A stretch of 60,906 nt of DNA, from the NCBI GenBank assembly GCA_002189035.1, contig NEEC01000176.1:1-60906 (forward strand), read 5' to 3'. Below are positions 23,425 to 38,400 of this stretch, one piece after another; the first letter of the stretch is position 1; every line of letters starts with the position of its first letter. Under the pieces are notes generated by a model. That model was not told the origin of the DNA, did no database searches, and worked only from the letters and a program-made list of their open reading frames with translations. The position numbers and the translations under genes were made by a program. The stretch comes from Utricularia gibba (taxonomy: Eukaryota; Plantae; Magnoliophyta).

Positions 23425-26400
23425 TCGTGATGCATTTAATGAAGTTAGGATGTCATGAGCGCCCCAAATGGTTTTCTCAACAACCTGATTTATATTTGAC
23501 GAGGTGCTCTAGGCTGGCACTAGTATCGAGCAAATGGTCGAGTCGCGCTCTGGCCCATAGTCATTTGTAGCCCGGCCAAAAAAGTGATGCATTTATTAAC
23601 GTTGGGTTTTCGGCGGCTGCCTACATGCTTTTTGAAGGCAAAAGTTGTCGTTTTTTGGCGGGTGCTGTTGTTGGGAACTTCGTCCGGACCCAAGGTTCGG
23701 TCTGACTTCACAGCACAATAAGGTCCCATTCGACGAAAATCGTGATACCTTTATTGCTGTTAGGATCTCATGATTACCCCAAATGCTTTTTTCAACAGCA
23801 TGCTATACACTTGAGAAGGCGCTTTTGTGGGTCACCGAGATCGGCCCGGAATTCGGGTCGAGCTCGGGCCCAAAGTCAGCTGTAGCCCGATAAAAGAAGT
23901 GATGCATTTATTAACGTTGGGTTGTCGGCGGCTGCCCACATGGTTTTTCAAGCAACAGCTTGCCGTTTTAAGGCGGGTGCTGTCGTTGACAGCTTTGTAA
24001 GGGCCCAAGGTTTGGTCTGGCTCCTGAGCCCAATCGGGTCCTACTCGATGAAAATCGTGATGCATTTAATGAAGTTAGGATGTCATGAGCGCCCCAAATG
24101 GTTTTCTCAACAACCTGATTTATATTTGACGAGGTGCTCTAGGCTGGCACTAGTATCGAGCAAATGGTCGAGTCGCGCTCTGGCCCATAGTCATTTGTAG
24201 CCTGGTCAAAAAAGCGATGCATTTATTAACGTTGGGTTTTCGGCGGCTGCCTACATGCTTTTTGAAGCAAAAGTTGTCGTTTTTTGGCGGGTGCTGTTGT
24301 TGGGAACTTCGTCCGGACCCAAGGTTCGGTCTGACTTCACAGCACAATAAGGTCCCATTCGACGAAAATCGTGATACCTTTATTGAAGTTAGGATCTCAT
24401 GACCGCCCCAAATGCTTTTTTCAACAGCATGCTTTAAACTTGAGAAGGCGCTTTTGTGGGTCACCGAGATCGGGCCGGAATTCAGGTCGGGCTTGGGGAC
24501 AAAGTCAGCTGTAGCCCGTCAAAAGAAGTGATGCATTTATTAACGTTGGCTTGTCGGCGGCTGCCCACATGGTTTTTAAAGCAACAGCTTGCCGTTTTAA
24601 GGCGGGTGCTGTCGTTGGCAGCTTTGTAAGGGCCCAAGGTTCGGTCTGGCTCCTGAGCCCAATCGGGTCCTACTCGATGAAAATCGTGATGCATTTGCTT
24701 TTGTTAGGATGTCATGAGAACCCCAATGGGTTTTCTCCACACTCTACTTTATATTTGAGAAGGCGCTCTCGGGGGGTTTAGGGATTGGGCCAGAGGTCGG
24801 GTCGGGCTCACGCCCATAGTCAGTTGTAGCCCGGAAAATAAGTCATGCATTTATCAACGTTGGGTTTTCGGCGGCTGCCTAAATGGTTTTTCAAGCAACA
24901 GCTTGCCGTTTTAAGGCGGGTGCTGTCGTTGGCAGCTTTGTACGGGCCCAAGGTTTGGTCTGGCTCCTGAGCCCAATCGGGTCCTACTCGATGAAAATCG
25001 TGATGCATTTAATGAAGTTAGGATGTCATGAGCGCCCCAAATGGTTTTCTCAACAACCTGATTTATATTTGACGAGGTGCTCTAGGCTGGCACTAGTATC
25101 GAGCAAATGGTCGAGTCGCGCTCTGGCCCATAGTCATTTGTAGCCCGGCCAAAAAAGTGATGCATTTATTAACGTTGGGTTTTCGGCGGCTGCCTACATG
25201 CTTTTTGAGGCAAAAGTTGTCGTTTTTTGGCGGGTGCTGTTGTTGGGAACTTCGTCCGGACCCAAGGTTCGGTCTGACTTCACAGCACAATAAGGTCCCA
25301 TTCGACGAAAATCGTGATACCTTTATTGCTGTTAGGATCTCATGATTACCCCAAATGCTTTTTTCAACAGCATGCTATACACTTGAGAAGGCGCTTTTGT
25401 GGGTCACCGAGATCGGCCCGGAATTCGGGTCGAGCTCGGGCCCAAAGTCAGCTGTAGCCCGATAAAAGAAGTGATGCATTTATTAACGTTGGGTTGTCGG
25501 CGGCTGCCCACATGGTTTTTCAAGCAACAGCTTGCCGTTTTAAGGCGGGTGCTGTCGTTGACAGCTTTGTAAGGGCCCAAGGTTTGGTCTGGCTCCTGAG
25601 CCCAATCGGGTCCTACTCGATGAAAATCGTGATGCATTTAATGAAGTTAGGATGTCATGAGCGCCCCAAATGGTTTTCTCAACAACCTGATTTATATTTG
25701 ACGAGGTGCTCTAGGCTGGCACTAGTATCGAGCAAATGGTCGAGTCGCGCTCTGGCCCATAGTCATTTGTAGCCTGGTCAAAAAAGCGATGCATTTATTA
25801 ACGTTGGGTTTTCGGCGGCTGCCTACATGCTTTTTGAAGCAAAAGTTGTCGTTTTTTGGCGGGTGCTGTTGTTGGGAACTTCGTCCGGACCCAAGGTTCG
25901 GTCTGACTTCACAGCACAATAAGGTCCCATTCGACGAAAATCGTGATACCTTTATTGAAGTTAGGATCTCATGACCGCCCCAAATGCTTTTTTCAACAGC
26001 ATGCTTTAAACTTGAGAAGGCGCTTTTGTGGGTCACCGAGATCGGGCCGGAATTCAGGTCGGGCTTGGGGGACAAAGTCAGCTGTAGCCCGTCAAAAGAA
26101 GTGATGCATTTATTAACGTTGGCTTGTCGGCGGCTGCCCACATGGTTTTTAAAGCAACAGCTTGCCGTTTTAAGGCGGGTGCTGTCGTTGGCAGCTTTGT
26201 AAGGGCCCAAGGTTCGGTCTGGCTCCTGAGCCCAATCGGGTCCTACTCGATGAAAATCGTGATGCATTTGCTTTTGTTAGGATGTCATGAGAACCCCAAT
26301 GGGTTTTCTCCACACTCTACTTTATATTTGAGAAGGCGCTCTCGGGGGTTTAGGGATTGGGCCAGAGGTCGGGTCGGGCTCACGCCCATAGTCAGTTGTA

Positions 26401-29400
26401 GCCCGGAAAATAAGTCATGCATTTATCAACGTTGGGTTTTCGGCGGCTGCCTAAATGGTTTTTCAAGCAACAGCTTGCCGTTTTAAGGCGGGTGCTGTCG
26501 TTGGCAGCTTTGTACGGGCCCAAGGTTTGGTCTGGCTCCTGAGCCCAATCGGGTCCTACTCGATGAAAATCGTGATGCATTTAATGAAGTTAGGATGTCA
26601 TGAGCGCCCCAAATGGTTTTCTCAACAACCTGATTTATATTTGACGAGGTGCTCTAGGCTGGCACTAGTATCGAGCAAATGGTCGAGTCGCGCTCTGGCC
26701 CATAGTCATTTGTAGCCCGGCCAAAAAAGTGATGCATTTATTAACGTTGGGTTTTCGGCGGCTGCCTACATGCTTTTTGAGGCAAAAGTTGTCGTTTTTT
26801 GGCGGGTGCTGTTGTTGGGAACTTCGTCCGGACCCAAGGTTCGGTCTGACTTCACAGCACAATAAGGTCCCATTCGACGAAAATCGTGATACCTTTATTG
26901 CTGTTAGGATCTCATGATTACCCCAAATGCTTTTTTCAACAGCATGCTATACACTTGAGAAGGCGCTTTTGTGGGTCACCGAGATCGGCCCGGAATTCGG
27001 GTCGAGCTCGGGCCCAAAGTCAGCTGTAGCCCGATAAAAGAAGTGATGCATTTATTAACGTTGGGTTGTCGGCGGCTGCCCACATGGTTTTTCAAGCAAC
27101 AGCTTGCCGTTTTAAGGCGGGTGCTGTCGTTGACAGCTTTGTAAGGGCCCAAGGTTTGGTCTGGCTCCTGAGCCCAATCGGGTCCTACTCGATGAAAATC
27201 GTGATGCATTTAATGAAGTTAGGATGTCATGAGCGCCCCAAATGGTTTTCTCAACAACCTGATTTATATTTGACGAGGTGCTCTAGGCTGGCACTAGTAT
27301 CGAGCAAATGGTCGAGTCGCGCTCTGGCCCATAGTCATTTGTAGCCTGGTCAAAAAAGCGATGCATTTATTAACGTTGGGTTTTCGGCGGCTGCCTACAT
27401 GCTTTTTGAAGCAAAAGTTGTCGTTTTTTGGCGGGTGCTGTTGTTGGGAACTTCGTCCGGACCCAAGGTTCGGTCTGACTTCACAGCACAATAAGGTCCC
27501 ATTCGACGAAAATCGTGATACCTTTATTGAAGTTAGGATCTCATGACCGCCCCAAATGCTTTTTTCAACAGCATGCTTTAAACTTGAGAAGGCGCTTTTG
27601 TGGGTCACCGAGATCGGGCCGGAATTCAGGTCGGGCTTGGGGACAAAGTCAGCTGTAGCCCGTCAAAAGAAGTGATGCATTTATTAACGTTGGCTTGTCG
27701 GCGGCTGCCCACATGGTTTTTAAAGCAACAGCTTGCCGTTTTAAGGCGGGTGCTGTCGTTGGCAGCTTTGTAAGGGCCCAAGGTTCGGTCTGGCTCCTGA
27801 GCCCAATCGGGTCCTACTCGATGAAAATCGTGATGCATTTGCTTTTGTTAGGATGTCATGAGAACCCCAATGGGTTTTCTCCACACTCTACTTTATATTT
27901 GAGAAGGCGCTCTCGGGGGGTTTAGGGATTGGGCCAGAGGTCGGGTCGGGCTCACGCCCATAGTCAGTTGTAGCCCGGAAAATAAGTCATGCATTTATCA
28001 ACGTTGGGTTTTCGGCGGCTGCCTAAATGGTTTTTCAAGCAACAGCTTGCCGTTTTAAGGCGGGTGCTGTCGTTGGCAGCTTTGTACGGGCCCAAGGTTT
28101 GGTCTGGCTCCTGAGCCCAATCGGGTCCTACTCGATGAAAATCGTGATGCATTTAATGAAGTTAGGATGTCATGAGCGCCCCAAATGGTTTTCTCAACAA
28201 CCTGATTTATATTTGACGAGGTGCTCTAGGCTGGCACTAGTATCGAGCAAATGGTCGAGTCGCGCTCTGGCCCATAGTCATTTGTAGCCCGGCCAAAAAA
28301 GTGATGCATTTATTAACGTTGGGTTTTCGGCGGCTGCCTACATGCTTTTTGAGGCAAAAGTTGTCGTTTTTTGGCGGGTGCTGTTGTTGGGAACTTCGTC
28401 CGGACCCAAGGTTCGGTCTGACTTCACAGCACAATAAGGTCCCATTCGACGAAAATCGTGATACCTTTATTGCTGTTAGGATCTCATGATTACCCCAAAT
28501 GCTTTTTTCAACAGCATGCTATACACTTGAGAAGGCGCTTTTGTGGGTCACCGAGATCGGCCCGGAATTCGGGTCGAGCTCGGGCCCAAAGTCAGCTGTA
28601 GCCCGATAAAAGAAGTGATGCATTTATTAACGTTGGGTTGTCGGCGGCTGCCCACATGGTTTTTCAAGCAACAGCTTGCCGTTTTAAGGCGGGTGCTGTC
28701 GTTGACAGCTTTGTAAGGGCCCAAGGTTTGGTCTGGCTCCTGAGCCCAATCGGGTCCTACTCGATGAAAATCGTGATGCATTTAATGAAGTTAGGATGTC
28801 ATGAGCGCCCCAAATGGTTTTCTCAACAACCTGATTTATATTTGACGAGGTGCTCTAGGCTGGCACTAGTATCGAGCAAATGGTCGAGTCGCGCTCTGGC
28901 CCATAGTCATTTGTAGCCTGGTCAAAAAAGCGATGCATTTATTAACGTTGGGTTTTCGGCGGCTGCCTACATGCTTTTTGAAGCAAAAGTTGTCGTTTTT
29001 TGGCGGGTGCTGTTGTTGGGAACTTCGTCCGGACCCAAGGTTCGGTCTGACTTCACAGCACAATAAGGTCCCATTCGACGAAAATCGTGATACCTTTATT
29101 GAAGTTAGGATCTCATGACCGCCCCAAATGCTTTTTTCAACAGCATGCTTTAAACTTGAGAAGGCGCTTTTGTGGGTCACCGAGATCGGGCCGGAATTCA
29201 GGTCGGGCTTGGGGGACAAAGTCAGCTGTAGCCCGTCAAAAGAAGTGATGCATTTATTAACGTTGGCTTGTCGGCGGCTGCCCACATGGTTTTTAAAGCA
29301 ACAGCTTGCCGTTTTAAGGCGGGTGCTGTCGTTGGCAGCTTTGTAAGGGCCCAAGGGTCTGGCTCCTGAGCCCAATCGGGTCCTACTCGATGAAAATCGT

Positions 29401-32400
29401 GATGCATTTGCTTTTGTTAGGATGTCATGAGAACCCCAATGGGTTTTCTCCACACTCTACTTTATATTTGAGAAGGCGCTCTCGGGGGTTTAGGGATTGG
29501 GCCAGAGGTCGGTCGGGGCCCCAGTTTGTAGCCCGGAAAATAAGTCATGCATTTATCAACGTTGGGTTTTCGGCGGCTGCCTAAATGGTTTTTCAAGCAA
29601 CAGCTTGCCGTTTTAAGGCGGGTGCTGTCGTTGGCAGCTTTGTACGGGCCCAAGGTTTGGTCTGGCTCCTGAGCCCAATCGGGTCCTACTCGATGAAAAT
29701 CGTGATGCATTTAATGAAGTTAGGATGTCATGAGCGCCCCAAATGGTTTTCTCAACAACCTGATTTATATTTGACGAGGTGCTCTAGGCTGGCACTAGTA
29801 TCGAGCAAATGGTCGAGTCGCGCTCTGGCCCATAGTCATTTGTAGCCCGGCCAAAAAAGTGATGCATTTATTAACGTTGGGTTTTCGGCGGCTGCCTACA
29901 TGCTTTTTGAAGCAAAAGTTGTCGTTTTTTGGCGGGTGCTGTTGTTGGGAACTTCGTCCGGACCCAAGGTTCGGTCTGACTTCACAGCACAATAAGGTCC
30001 CATTCGACGAAAATCGTGATACCTTTATTGCGTTAGGATCTCATGATTACCCCAAATGCTTTTTTCAACAGCATGCTATACACTTGAGAAGGCGCTTTTG
30101 TGGGTCACCGAGATCGGCCGGAATTCGGGTCGAGCTCGGGCCCAAAGTCAGCTGTAGCCCGATAAAAGAAGTGATGCATTTATTAACGTTGGGTTGTCGG
30201 CGGCTGCCCACATGGTTTTTTCAAGCAACAGCTTGCCGTTTTAAGGCGGGTGCTGTCGTTGACAGCTTTGTAAGGGCCCAAGGTTTGGTCTGGCTCCTGA
30301 GCCCAATCGGGTCCTACTCGATGAAAATCGTGATGCATTTAATGAAGTTAGGATGTCATGAGCGCCCCAAATGGTTTTCTCAACAACCTGATTTATATTT
30401 GACGAGGTGCTCTAGGCTGGCACTAGTATCGAGCAAATGGTCGAGTCGCGCTCTGGCCCATAGTCATTTGTAGCCTGGTCAAAAAAGCGATGCATTTATT
30501 AACGTTGGGTTTTCGGCGGCTGCCTACATGCTTTTTGAAGCAAAAGTTGTCGTTTTTTGGCGGTGCTGTTGTTGGGAACTTCGTCCGGACCCAAGGTTCG
30601 GTCTGACTTCACAGCACAATAAGGTCCCATTCGACGAAAATCGTGATACCTTTATTGAAGTTAGGATCTCATGACCGCCCCAAATGCTTTTTTCAACAGC
30701 ATGCTTTAAACTTGAGAAGGCGCTTTTGTGGGTCACCGAGATCGGGCCGGAATTCAGGTCGGGCTTGGGGACAAAGTCAGCTGTAGCCCGTCAAAAGAAG
30801 TGATGCATTTATTAACGTTGGCTTGTCGGCGGCTGCCCACATGGTTTTTAAAGCAACAGCTTGCCGTTTTAAGGCGGGTGCTGTCGTTGGCAGCTTTGTA
30901 AGGGCCCAAGGTTCGGTCTGGCTCCTGAGCCCAATCGGGTCCTACTCGATGAAAATCGTGATGCATTTGCTTTTGTTAGGATGTCATGAGAACCCCAATG
31001 GGTTTTCTCCACACTCTACTTTATATTTGAGAAGGCGCTCTCGGGGGGTTTAGGGATTGGGCCAGAGGTCGGGTCGGGCTCACGCCCATAGTCAGTTGTA
31101 GCCCGGAAAATAAGTCATGCATTTATCAACGTTGGGTTTTCGGCGGCTGCCTAAATGGTTTTTCAAGCAACAGCTTGCCGTTTTAAGGCGGGTGCTGTCG
31201 TTGGCAGCTTTGTACGGGCCCAAGGTTTGGTCTGGCTCCTGAGCCCAATCGGGTCCTACTCGATGAAAATCGTGATGCATTTAATGAAGTTAGGATGTCA
31301 TGAGCGCCCCAAATGGTTTTCTCAACAACCTGATTTATATTTGACGAGGTGCTCTAGGCTGGCACTAGTATCGAGCAAATGGTCGAGTCGCGCTCTGGCC
31401 CATAGTCATTTGTAGCCCGGCCAAAAAAGTGATGCATTTATTAACGTTGGTTTTCGGCGGCTGCCTACATGCTTTTTGAGGCAAAAGTTGTCGTTTTTTG
31501 GCGGGTGCTGTTGTTGGGAACTTCGTCCGGACCCAAGGTTCGGTCTGACTTCACAGCACAATAAGGTCCCATTCGACGAAAATCGTGATACCTTTATTGC
31601 TGTTAGGATCTCATGATTACCCCAAATGCTTTTTTCAACAGCATGCTATACACTTGAGAAGGCGCTTTTGTGGGTCACCGAGATCGGCCCGGAATTCGGG
31701 TCGAGCTCGGGCCCAAAGTCAGCTGTAGCCCGATAAAAGAAGTGATGCATTTATTAACGTTGGGTTGTCGGCGGCTGCCCACATGGTTTTTCAAGCAACA
31801 GCTTGCCGTTTTAAGGCGGGTGCTGTCGTTGACAGCTTTGTAAGGGCCCAAGGTTTGGTCTGGCTCCTGAGCCCAATCGGGTCCTACTCGATGAAAATCG
31901 TGATGCATTTAATGAAGTTAGGATGTCATGAGCGCCCCAAATGGTTTTCTCAACAACCTGATTTATATTTGACGAGGTGCTCTAGGCTGGCACTAGTATC
32001 GAGCAAATGGTCGAGTCGCGCTCTGGCCCATAGTCATTTGTAGCCTGGTCAAAAAAGCGATGCATTTATTAACGTTGGGTTTTCGGCGGCTGCCTACATG
32101 CTTTTTGAAGCAAAAGTTGTCGTTTTTTGGCGGGTGCTGTTGTTGGGAACTTCGTCCGGACCCAAGGTTCGGTCTGACTTCACAGCACAATAAGGTCCCA
32201 TTCGACGAAAATCGTGATACCTTTATTGAAGTTAGGATCTCATGACCGCCCCAAATGCTTTTTTCAACAGCATGCTTTAAACTTGAGAAGGCGCTTTTGT
32301 GGGTCACCGAGATCGGGCCGGAATTCAGGTCGGCTTGGGGGACAAAGTCAGCTGTAGCCCGTCAAAAGAAGTGATGCATTTATTAACGTTGGCTTGCGGC

Positions 32401-35400
32401 GGCTGCCCACATGGTTTTTAAAGCAACAGCTTGCCGTTTTAAGGCGGGTGCTGTCGTTGGCAGCTTTGTAAGGGCCCAAGGTTCGGTCTGGCTCCTGAGC
32501 TCGGTCCTACTCGATGAAAATCGTGATGCATTTGCTTTTGTTAGGATGTCATGAGAACCCCCGAATGGGTTTTGTCTCCACACTCTACTTTATATTTGAG
32601 AAGGCGCTCTCGGGGGTTTAGGGATTGGGCCAGAGGTCGGGTCGGGCTCACGCCCATAGTCAGTTGTAGCCCGGAAAATAAGTCATGCATTTATCAACGT
32701 TGGGTTTTCGGCGGCTGCCTAAATGGTTTTTCAAGCAACAGCTTGCCGTTTTAAGGCGGGTGCTGTCGTTGGCAGCTTTGTACGGGCCCAAGGTTTGGTC
32801 TGGCTCCTGAGCCCAATCGGGTCCTACTCGATGAAAATCGTGATGCATTTAATGAAGTTAGGATGTCATGAGCGCCCCAAATGGTTTTCTCAACAACCTG
32901 ATTTATATTTGACGAGGTGCTCTAGGCTGGCACTAGTATCGAGCAAATGGTCGAGTCGCGCTCTGGCCCATAGTCATTTGTAGCCCGGCCAAAAAAGTGA
33001 TGCATTTATTAACGTTGGGTTTTCGGCGGCTGCCTACATGCTTTTTGAAGCAAAAGTTGTCGTTTTTTGGCGGGTGCTGTTGTTGGGAACTTCGTCCGGA
33101 CCCAAGGTTCGGTCTGACTTCACAGCACAATAAGGTCCCATTCGACGAAAATCGTGATACCTTTATTGCTGTTAGGATCTCATGATTACCCCAAATGCTT
33201 TTTTCAACAGCATGCTATACACTTGAGAAGGCGCTTTTGTGGGTCACCGAGATCGGCCCGGAATTCGGGTCGAGCTCGGGCCCAAAGTCAGCTGTAGCCC
33301 GATAAAAGAAGTGATGCATTTATTAACGTTGGGTTGTCGGCGGCTGCCCACATGGTTTTTCAAGCAACAGCTTGCCGTTTTAAGGCGGGTGCTGTCGTTG
33401 ACAGCTTTGTAAGGGCCCAAGGTTTGGTCTGGCTCCTGAGCCCAATCGGGTCCTACTCGATGAAATCGTGATGCATTTAATGAAGTTAGGATGTCATGAG
33501 CGCCCCAAATGGTTTTCTCAACAACCTGATTTATATTTGACGAGGTGCTCTAGGCTGGCACTAGTATCGAGCAAATGGTCGAGTCGCGCTCTGGCCCATA
33601 GTCATTTGTAGCCTGGCAAAAAAAGCGATGCATTTATTAACGTTGGGTTTTCGGCGGCTGCCTACATGCTTTTTGAAGCAAAAGTTGTCGTTTTTTGGCG
33701 GGTGCTGTTGTTGGGAACTTCGTCCGGACCCAAGGTTCGGTCTGACTTCACAGCACAATAAGGTCCCATTCGACGAAAATCGTGATACCTTTATTGAAGT
33801 TAGGATCTCATGACCGCCCCAAATGCTTTTTTCAACAGCATGCTTTAAACTTGAGAAGGCGCTTTTGTGGGTCACCGAGATCGGGCCGGAATTCAGGTCG
33901 GGCTTGGGGGACAAAGTCAGCTGTAGCCCGTCAAAAGAAGTGATGCATTTATTAACGTTGGCTTGTCGGCGGCTGCCCACATGGTTTTTAAAGCAACAGC
34001 TTGCCGTTTTAAGGCGGGTGCTGTCGTTGGCAGCTTTGTAAGGGCCCAAGGTTCGGTCTGGCTCCTGAGCCCAATCGGGTCCTACTCGATGAAAATCGTG
34101 ATGCATTTGCTTTTGTTAGGATGTCATGAGAACCCCAATGGGTTTTCTCCACACTCTACTTTATATTTGAGAAGGCGCTCTCGGGGGGTTTAGGGATTGG
34201 GCCAGAGGTCGGGTCGGGCTCACGCCCATAGTCAGTTGTAGCCCGGAAAATAAGTCATGCATTTATCAACGTTGGGTTTTCGGCGGCTGCCTAAATGGTT
34301 TTTCAAGCAACAGCTTGCCGTTTTAAGGCGGGTGCTGTCGTTGGCAGCTTTGTCGGGCCCAAGGTTTGGTCTGGCTCCTGAGCCCAATCGGGTCCTACTC
34401 GATGAAAATCGTGATGCATTTAATGAAGTTAGGATGTCATGAGCGCCCCAAATGGTTTTCTCAACAACCTGATTTATATTTGACGAGGTGCTCTAGGCTG
34501 GCACTAGTATCGAGCAAATGGTCGAGTCGCGCTCTGGCCCATAGTCATTTGTAGCCCGGCCAAAAAAGTGATGCATTTATTAACGTTGGGTTTTCGGCGG
34601 CTGCCTACATGCTTTTTGAAGGCAAAAGTTGTCGTTTTTTGGCGGGTGCTGTTGTTGGGAACTTCGTCCGGACCCAAGGTTCGGTCTGACTTCACAGCAC
34701 AATAAGGTCCCATTCGACGAAAATCGTGATACCTTTATTGCTGTTAGGATCTCATGATTACCCCAAATGCTTTTTTCAACAGCATGCTATACACTTGAGA
34801 AGGCGCTTTTGTGGGTCACCGAGATCGGCCCGGAATTCGGGTCGAGCTCGGGCCCAAAGTCAGCTGTAGCCCGATAAAAGAAGTGATGCATTTATTAACG
34901 TTGGGTTGTCGGCGGCTGCCCACATGGTTTTTCAAGCAACAGCTTGCCGTTTTAAGGCGGGTGCTGTCGTTGCAGCTTTGTAAGGGCCCAAGGTTTGGTC
35001 TGGCTCCTGAGCCCAATCGGGTCCTACTCGATGAAAATCGTGATGCATTTAATGAAGTTAGGATGTCATGAGCGCCCCAAATGGTTTTCTCAACAACCTG
35101 ATTTATATTTGACGAGGTGCTCTAGGCTGGCACTAGTATCGAGCAAATGGTCGAGTCGCGCTCTGGCCCATAGTCATTTGTAGCCGGTCAAAAAAGCGAT
35201 GCATTTATTAACGTTGGTTTTCGGCGGCTGCCTACATGCTTTTGAAGCAAAAGTTGTCGTTTTTTGGCGGGTGCTGTTGTTGGGAACTTCGTCCGGACCC
35301 AAGGTTCGGTCTGACTTCACAGCACAATAAGGTCCCATTCGACGAAAATCGTGATACCTTTATTGAAGTTAGGATCTCATGACCGCCCCAAATGCTTTTT

Positions 35401-38400
35401 TCAACAGCATGCTTTAAACTTGAGAAGGCGCTTTTGTGGGTCACCGAGATCGGGCCGGAATTCAGGTCGGGCTTGGGGACAAAGTCAGCTGTAGCCCGTC
35501 AAAAGAAGTGATGCATTTATTAACGTTGGCTTGTCGGCGGCTGCCCACATGGTTTTTAAAGCAACAGCTTGCCGTTTTAAGGCGGGTGCTGTCGTTGGCA
35601 GCTTTGTAAGGGCCCAAGGTTCGGTCTGGCTCCTGAGCCCAATCGGGTCCTACTCGATGAAAATCGTGATGCATTTGCTTTTGTTAGGATGTCATGAGAA
35701 CCCCAATGGGTTTTCTCCACACTCTACTTTATATTTGAGAAGGCGCTCTCGGGGGGTTTAGGGATTGGGCCAGAGGTCGGGTCGGGCTCACGCCCATAGT
35801 CAGTTGTAGCCCGGAAAATAAGTCATGCATTTATCAACGTTGGGTTTTCGGCGGCTGCCTAAATGGTTTTTCAAGCAACAGCTTGCCGTTTTAAGGCGGG
35901 TGCTGTCGTTGGCAGCTTTGTACGGGCCCAAGGTTTGGTCTGGCTCCTGAGCCCAATCGGGTCCTACTCGATGAAAATCGTGATGCATTTAATGAAGTTA
36001 GGATGTCATGAGCGCCCCAAATGGTTTTCTCAACAACCTGATTTATATTTGACGAGGTGCTCTAGGCTGGCACTAGTATCGAGCAAATGGTCGAGTCGCG
36101 CTCTGGCCCATAGTCATTTGTAGCCCGGCCAAAAAAGTGATGCATTTATTAACGTTGGGTTTTCGGCGGCTGCCTACATGCTTTTTGAGGCAAAAGTTGT
36201 CGTTTTTTGGCGGGTGCTGTTGTTGGGAACTTCGTCCGGACCCAAGGTTCGGTCTGACTTCACAGCACAATAAGGTCCCATTCGACGAAAATCGTGATAC
36301 CTTTATTGCTGTTAGGATCTCATGATTACCCCAAATGCTTTTTTCAACAGCATGCTATACACTTGAGAAGGCGCTTTTGTGGGTCACCGAGATCGGCCCG
36401 GAATTCGGGTCGAGCTCGGGCCCAAAGTCAGCTGTAGCCCGATAAAAGAAGTGATGCATTTATTAACGTTGGGTTGTCGGCGGCTGCCCACATGGTTTTT
36501 CAAGCAACAGCTTGCCGTTTTAAGGCGGGTGCTGTCGTTGACAGCTTTGTAAGGCCCAAGGTTTGTCTGGCTCCTGAGCCCAATCGGGTCCTACTCGATG
36601 AAAATCGTGATGCATTTAATGAAGTTAGGATGTCATGAGCGCCCCAAATGGTTTTCTCAACAACCTGATTTATATTTGACGAGGTGCTCTAGGCTGGCAC
36701 TAGTATCGAGCAAATGGTCGAGTCGCGCTCTGGCCCATAGTCATTTGTAGCCTGGTCAAAAAAGCGATGCATTTATTAACGTTGGGTTTTCGGCGGCTGC
36801 CTACATGCTTTTTGAAGCAAAAGTTGTCGTTTTTTGGCGGGTGCTGTTGTTGGAACTTCGTCCGGACCCAAGGTTCGGTCTGACTTCACAGCACAATAAG
36901 GTCCCATTCGACGAAAATCGTGATACCTTTATTGAAGTTAGGATCTCATGACCGCCCCAAATGCTTTTTTCAACAGCATGCTTTAAACTTGAGAAGGCGC
37001 TTTTGTGGGTCACCGAGATCGGGCCGGAATTCAGGTCGGGCTTGGGGACAAAGTCAGCTGTAGCCCGTCAAAAGAAGTGATGCATTTATTAACGTTGGCT
37101 TGTCGGCTGCCCACATGGTTTTTAAAGCAACAGCTTGCCGTTTTAAGGCGGGTGCTGTCGTTGGCAGCTTTGTAAGGGCCCAAGGTTCGGTCTGGCTCCT
37201 GAGCCCAATCGGGTCCTACTCGATGAAAATCGTGATGCATTTGCTTTTGTTAGGATGTCATGAGAACCCCAATGGGTTTTCTCCACACTCTACTTTATAT
37301 TTGAGAAGGCGCTCTCGGGGGTTTAGGGATTGGGCCAGAGGTCGGGTCGGGCTCACGCCCATAGTCAGTTGTAGCCCGGAAAATAAGTCATGCATTTATC
37401 AACGTTGGGTTTTCGGCGGCTGCCTAAATGGTTTTTCAAGCAACAGCTTGCCGTTTTAAGGCGGGTGCTGTCGTTGGCAGCTTTGTAGGGCCCAAGGTTT
37501 GGTCTGGCTCCTGAGCCCAATCGGGTCCTACTCGATGAAAATCGTGATGCATTTAATGAAGTTAGGATGTCATGAGCGCCCCAAATGGTTTTCTCAACAA
37601 CCTGATTTATATTTGACGAGGTGCTCTAGGCTGGCACTAGTATCGAGCAAATGGTCGAGTCGCGCTCTGGCCCATAGTCATTTGTAGCCCGGCCAAAAAA
37701 GTGATGCATTTATTAACGTTGGGTTTTCGGCGGCTGCCTACATGCTTTTTTGAGGCAAAAGTTGTCGTTTTTTGGCGGGTGCTGTGTTGGGAACTTCGTC
37801 CGGACCCAAGGTTCGGTCTGACTTCACAGCACAATAAGGTCCCATTCGAAAATCGTGATACCTTTATTTGTTAGGATCTCATGATTACCCCCAAATGCTT
37901 TTTTCAACAGCATGCTATACACTTGAGAAGGCGCTTTTGTGGGTCACCGAGATCGGCCGGAATTCGGGTCGAGCTCGGGCCCAAAGTCAGCTGTAGCCCG
38001 ATAAAAGAAGTGATGCATTTATTAACGTTGGGTTGTCGGCGGCTGCCCACATGGTTTTTCAAGCAACAGCTTGCCGTTTTAAGGCGGGTGCTGTCGTTGC
38101 AGCTTTAAGGGCCCAAGGTTTGGTCTGGCTCCTGAGCCCAATCGGGTCCTACTCGATGAAAATCGTGATGCATTTAATGAAGTTAGGATGTCATGAGCGC
38201 CCCAAATGGTTTTCTCAACAACCTGATTTATATTTGACGAGGTGCTCTAGGCTGGCACTAGTATCGAGCAAATGGTCGAGTCGCGCTCTGGCCCATAGTC
38301 ATTTGTAGCCTGGTCAAAAAAGCGATGCATTTATTAACGTTGGGTTTTCGGCGGCTGCCTACATGCTTTTTGAAGCAAAAGTTGTCGTTTTTTGGCGGGT

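Noticed and set aside
25722-30473. Longest ORFs (181 aa at 25722-26267, 195 aa at 28866-29453, 204 aa at 29859-30473)
   Set aside because: They are frame fusions of adjacent monomers created by single-base indels, such as an extra G in the B2 run, and they are absent from neighbouring copies.
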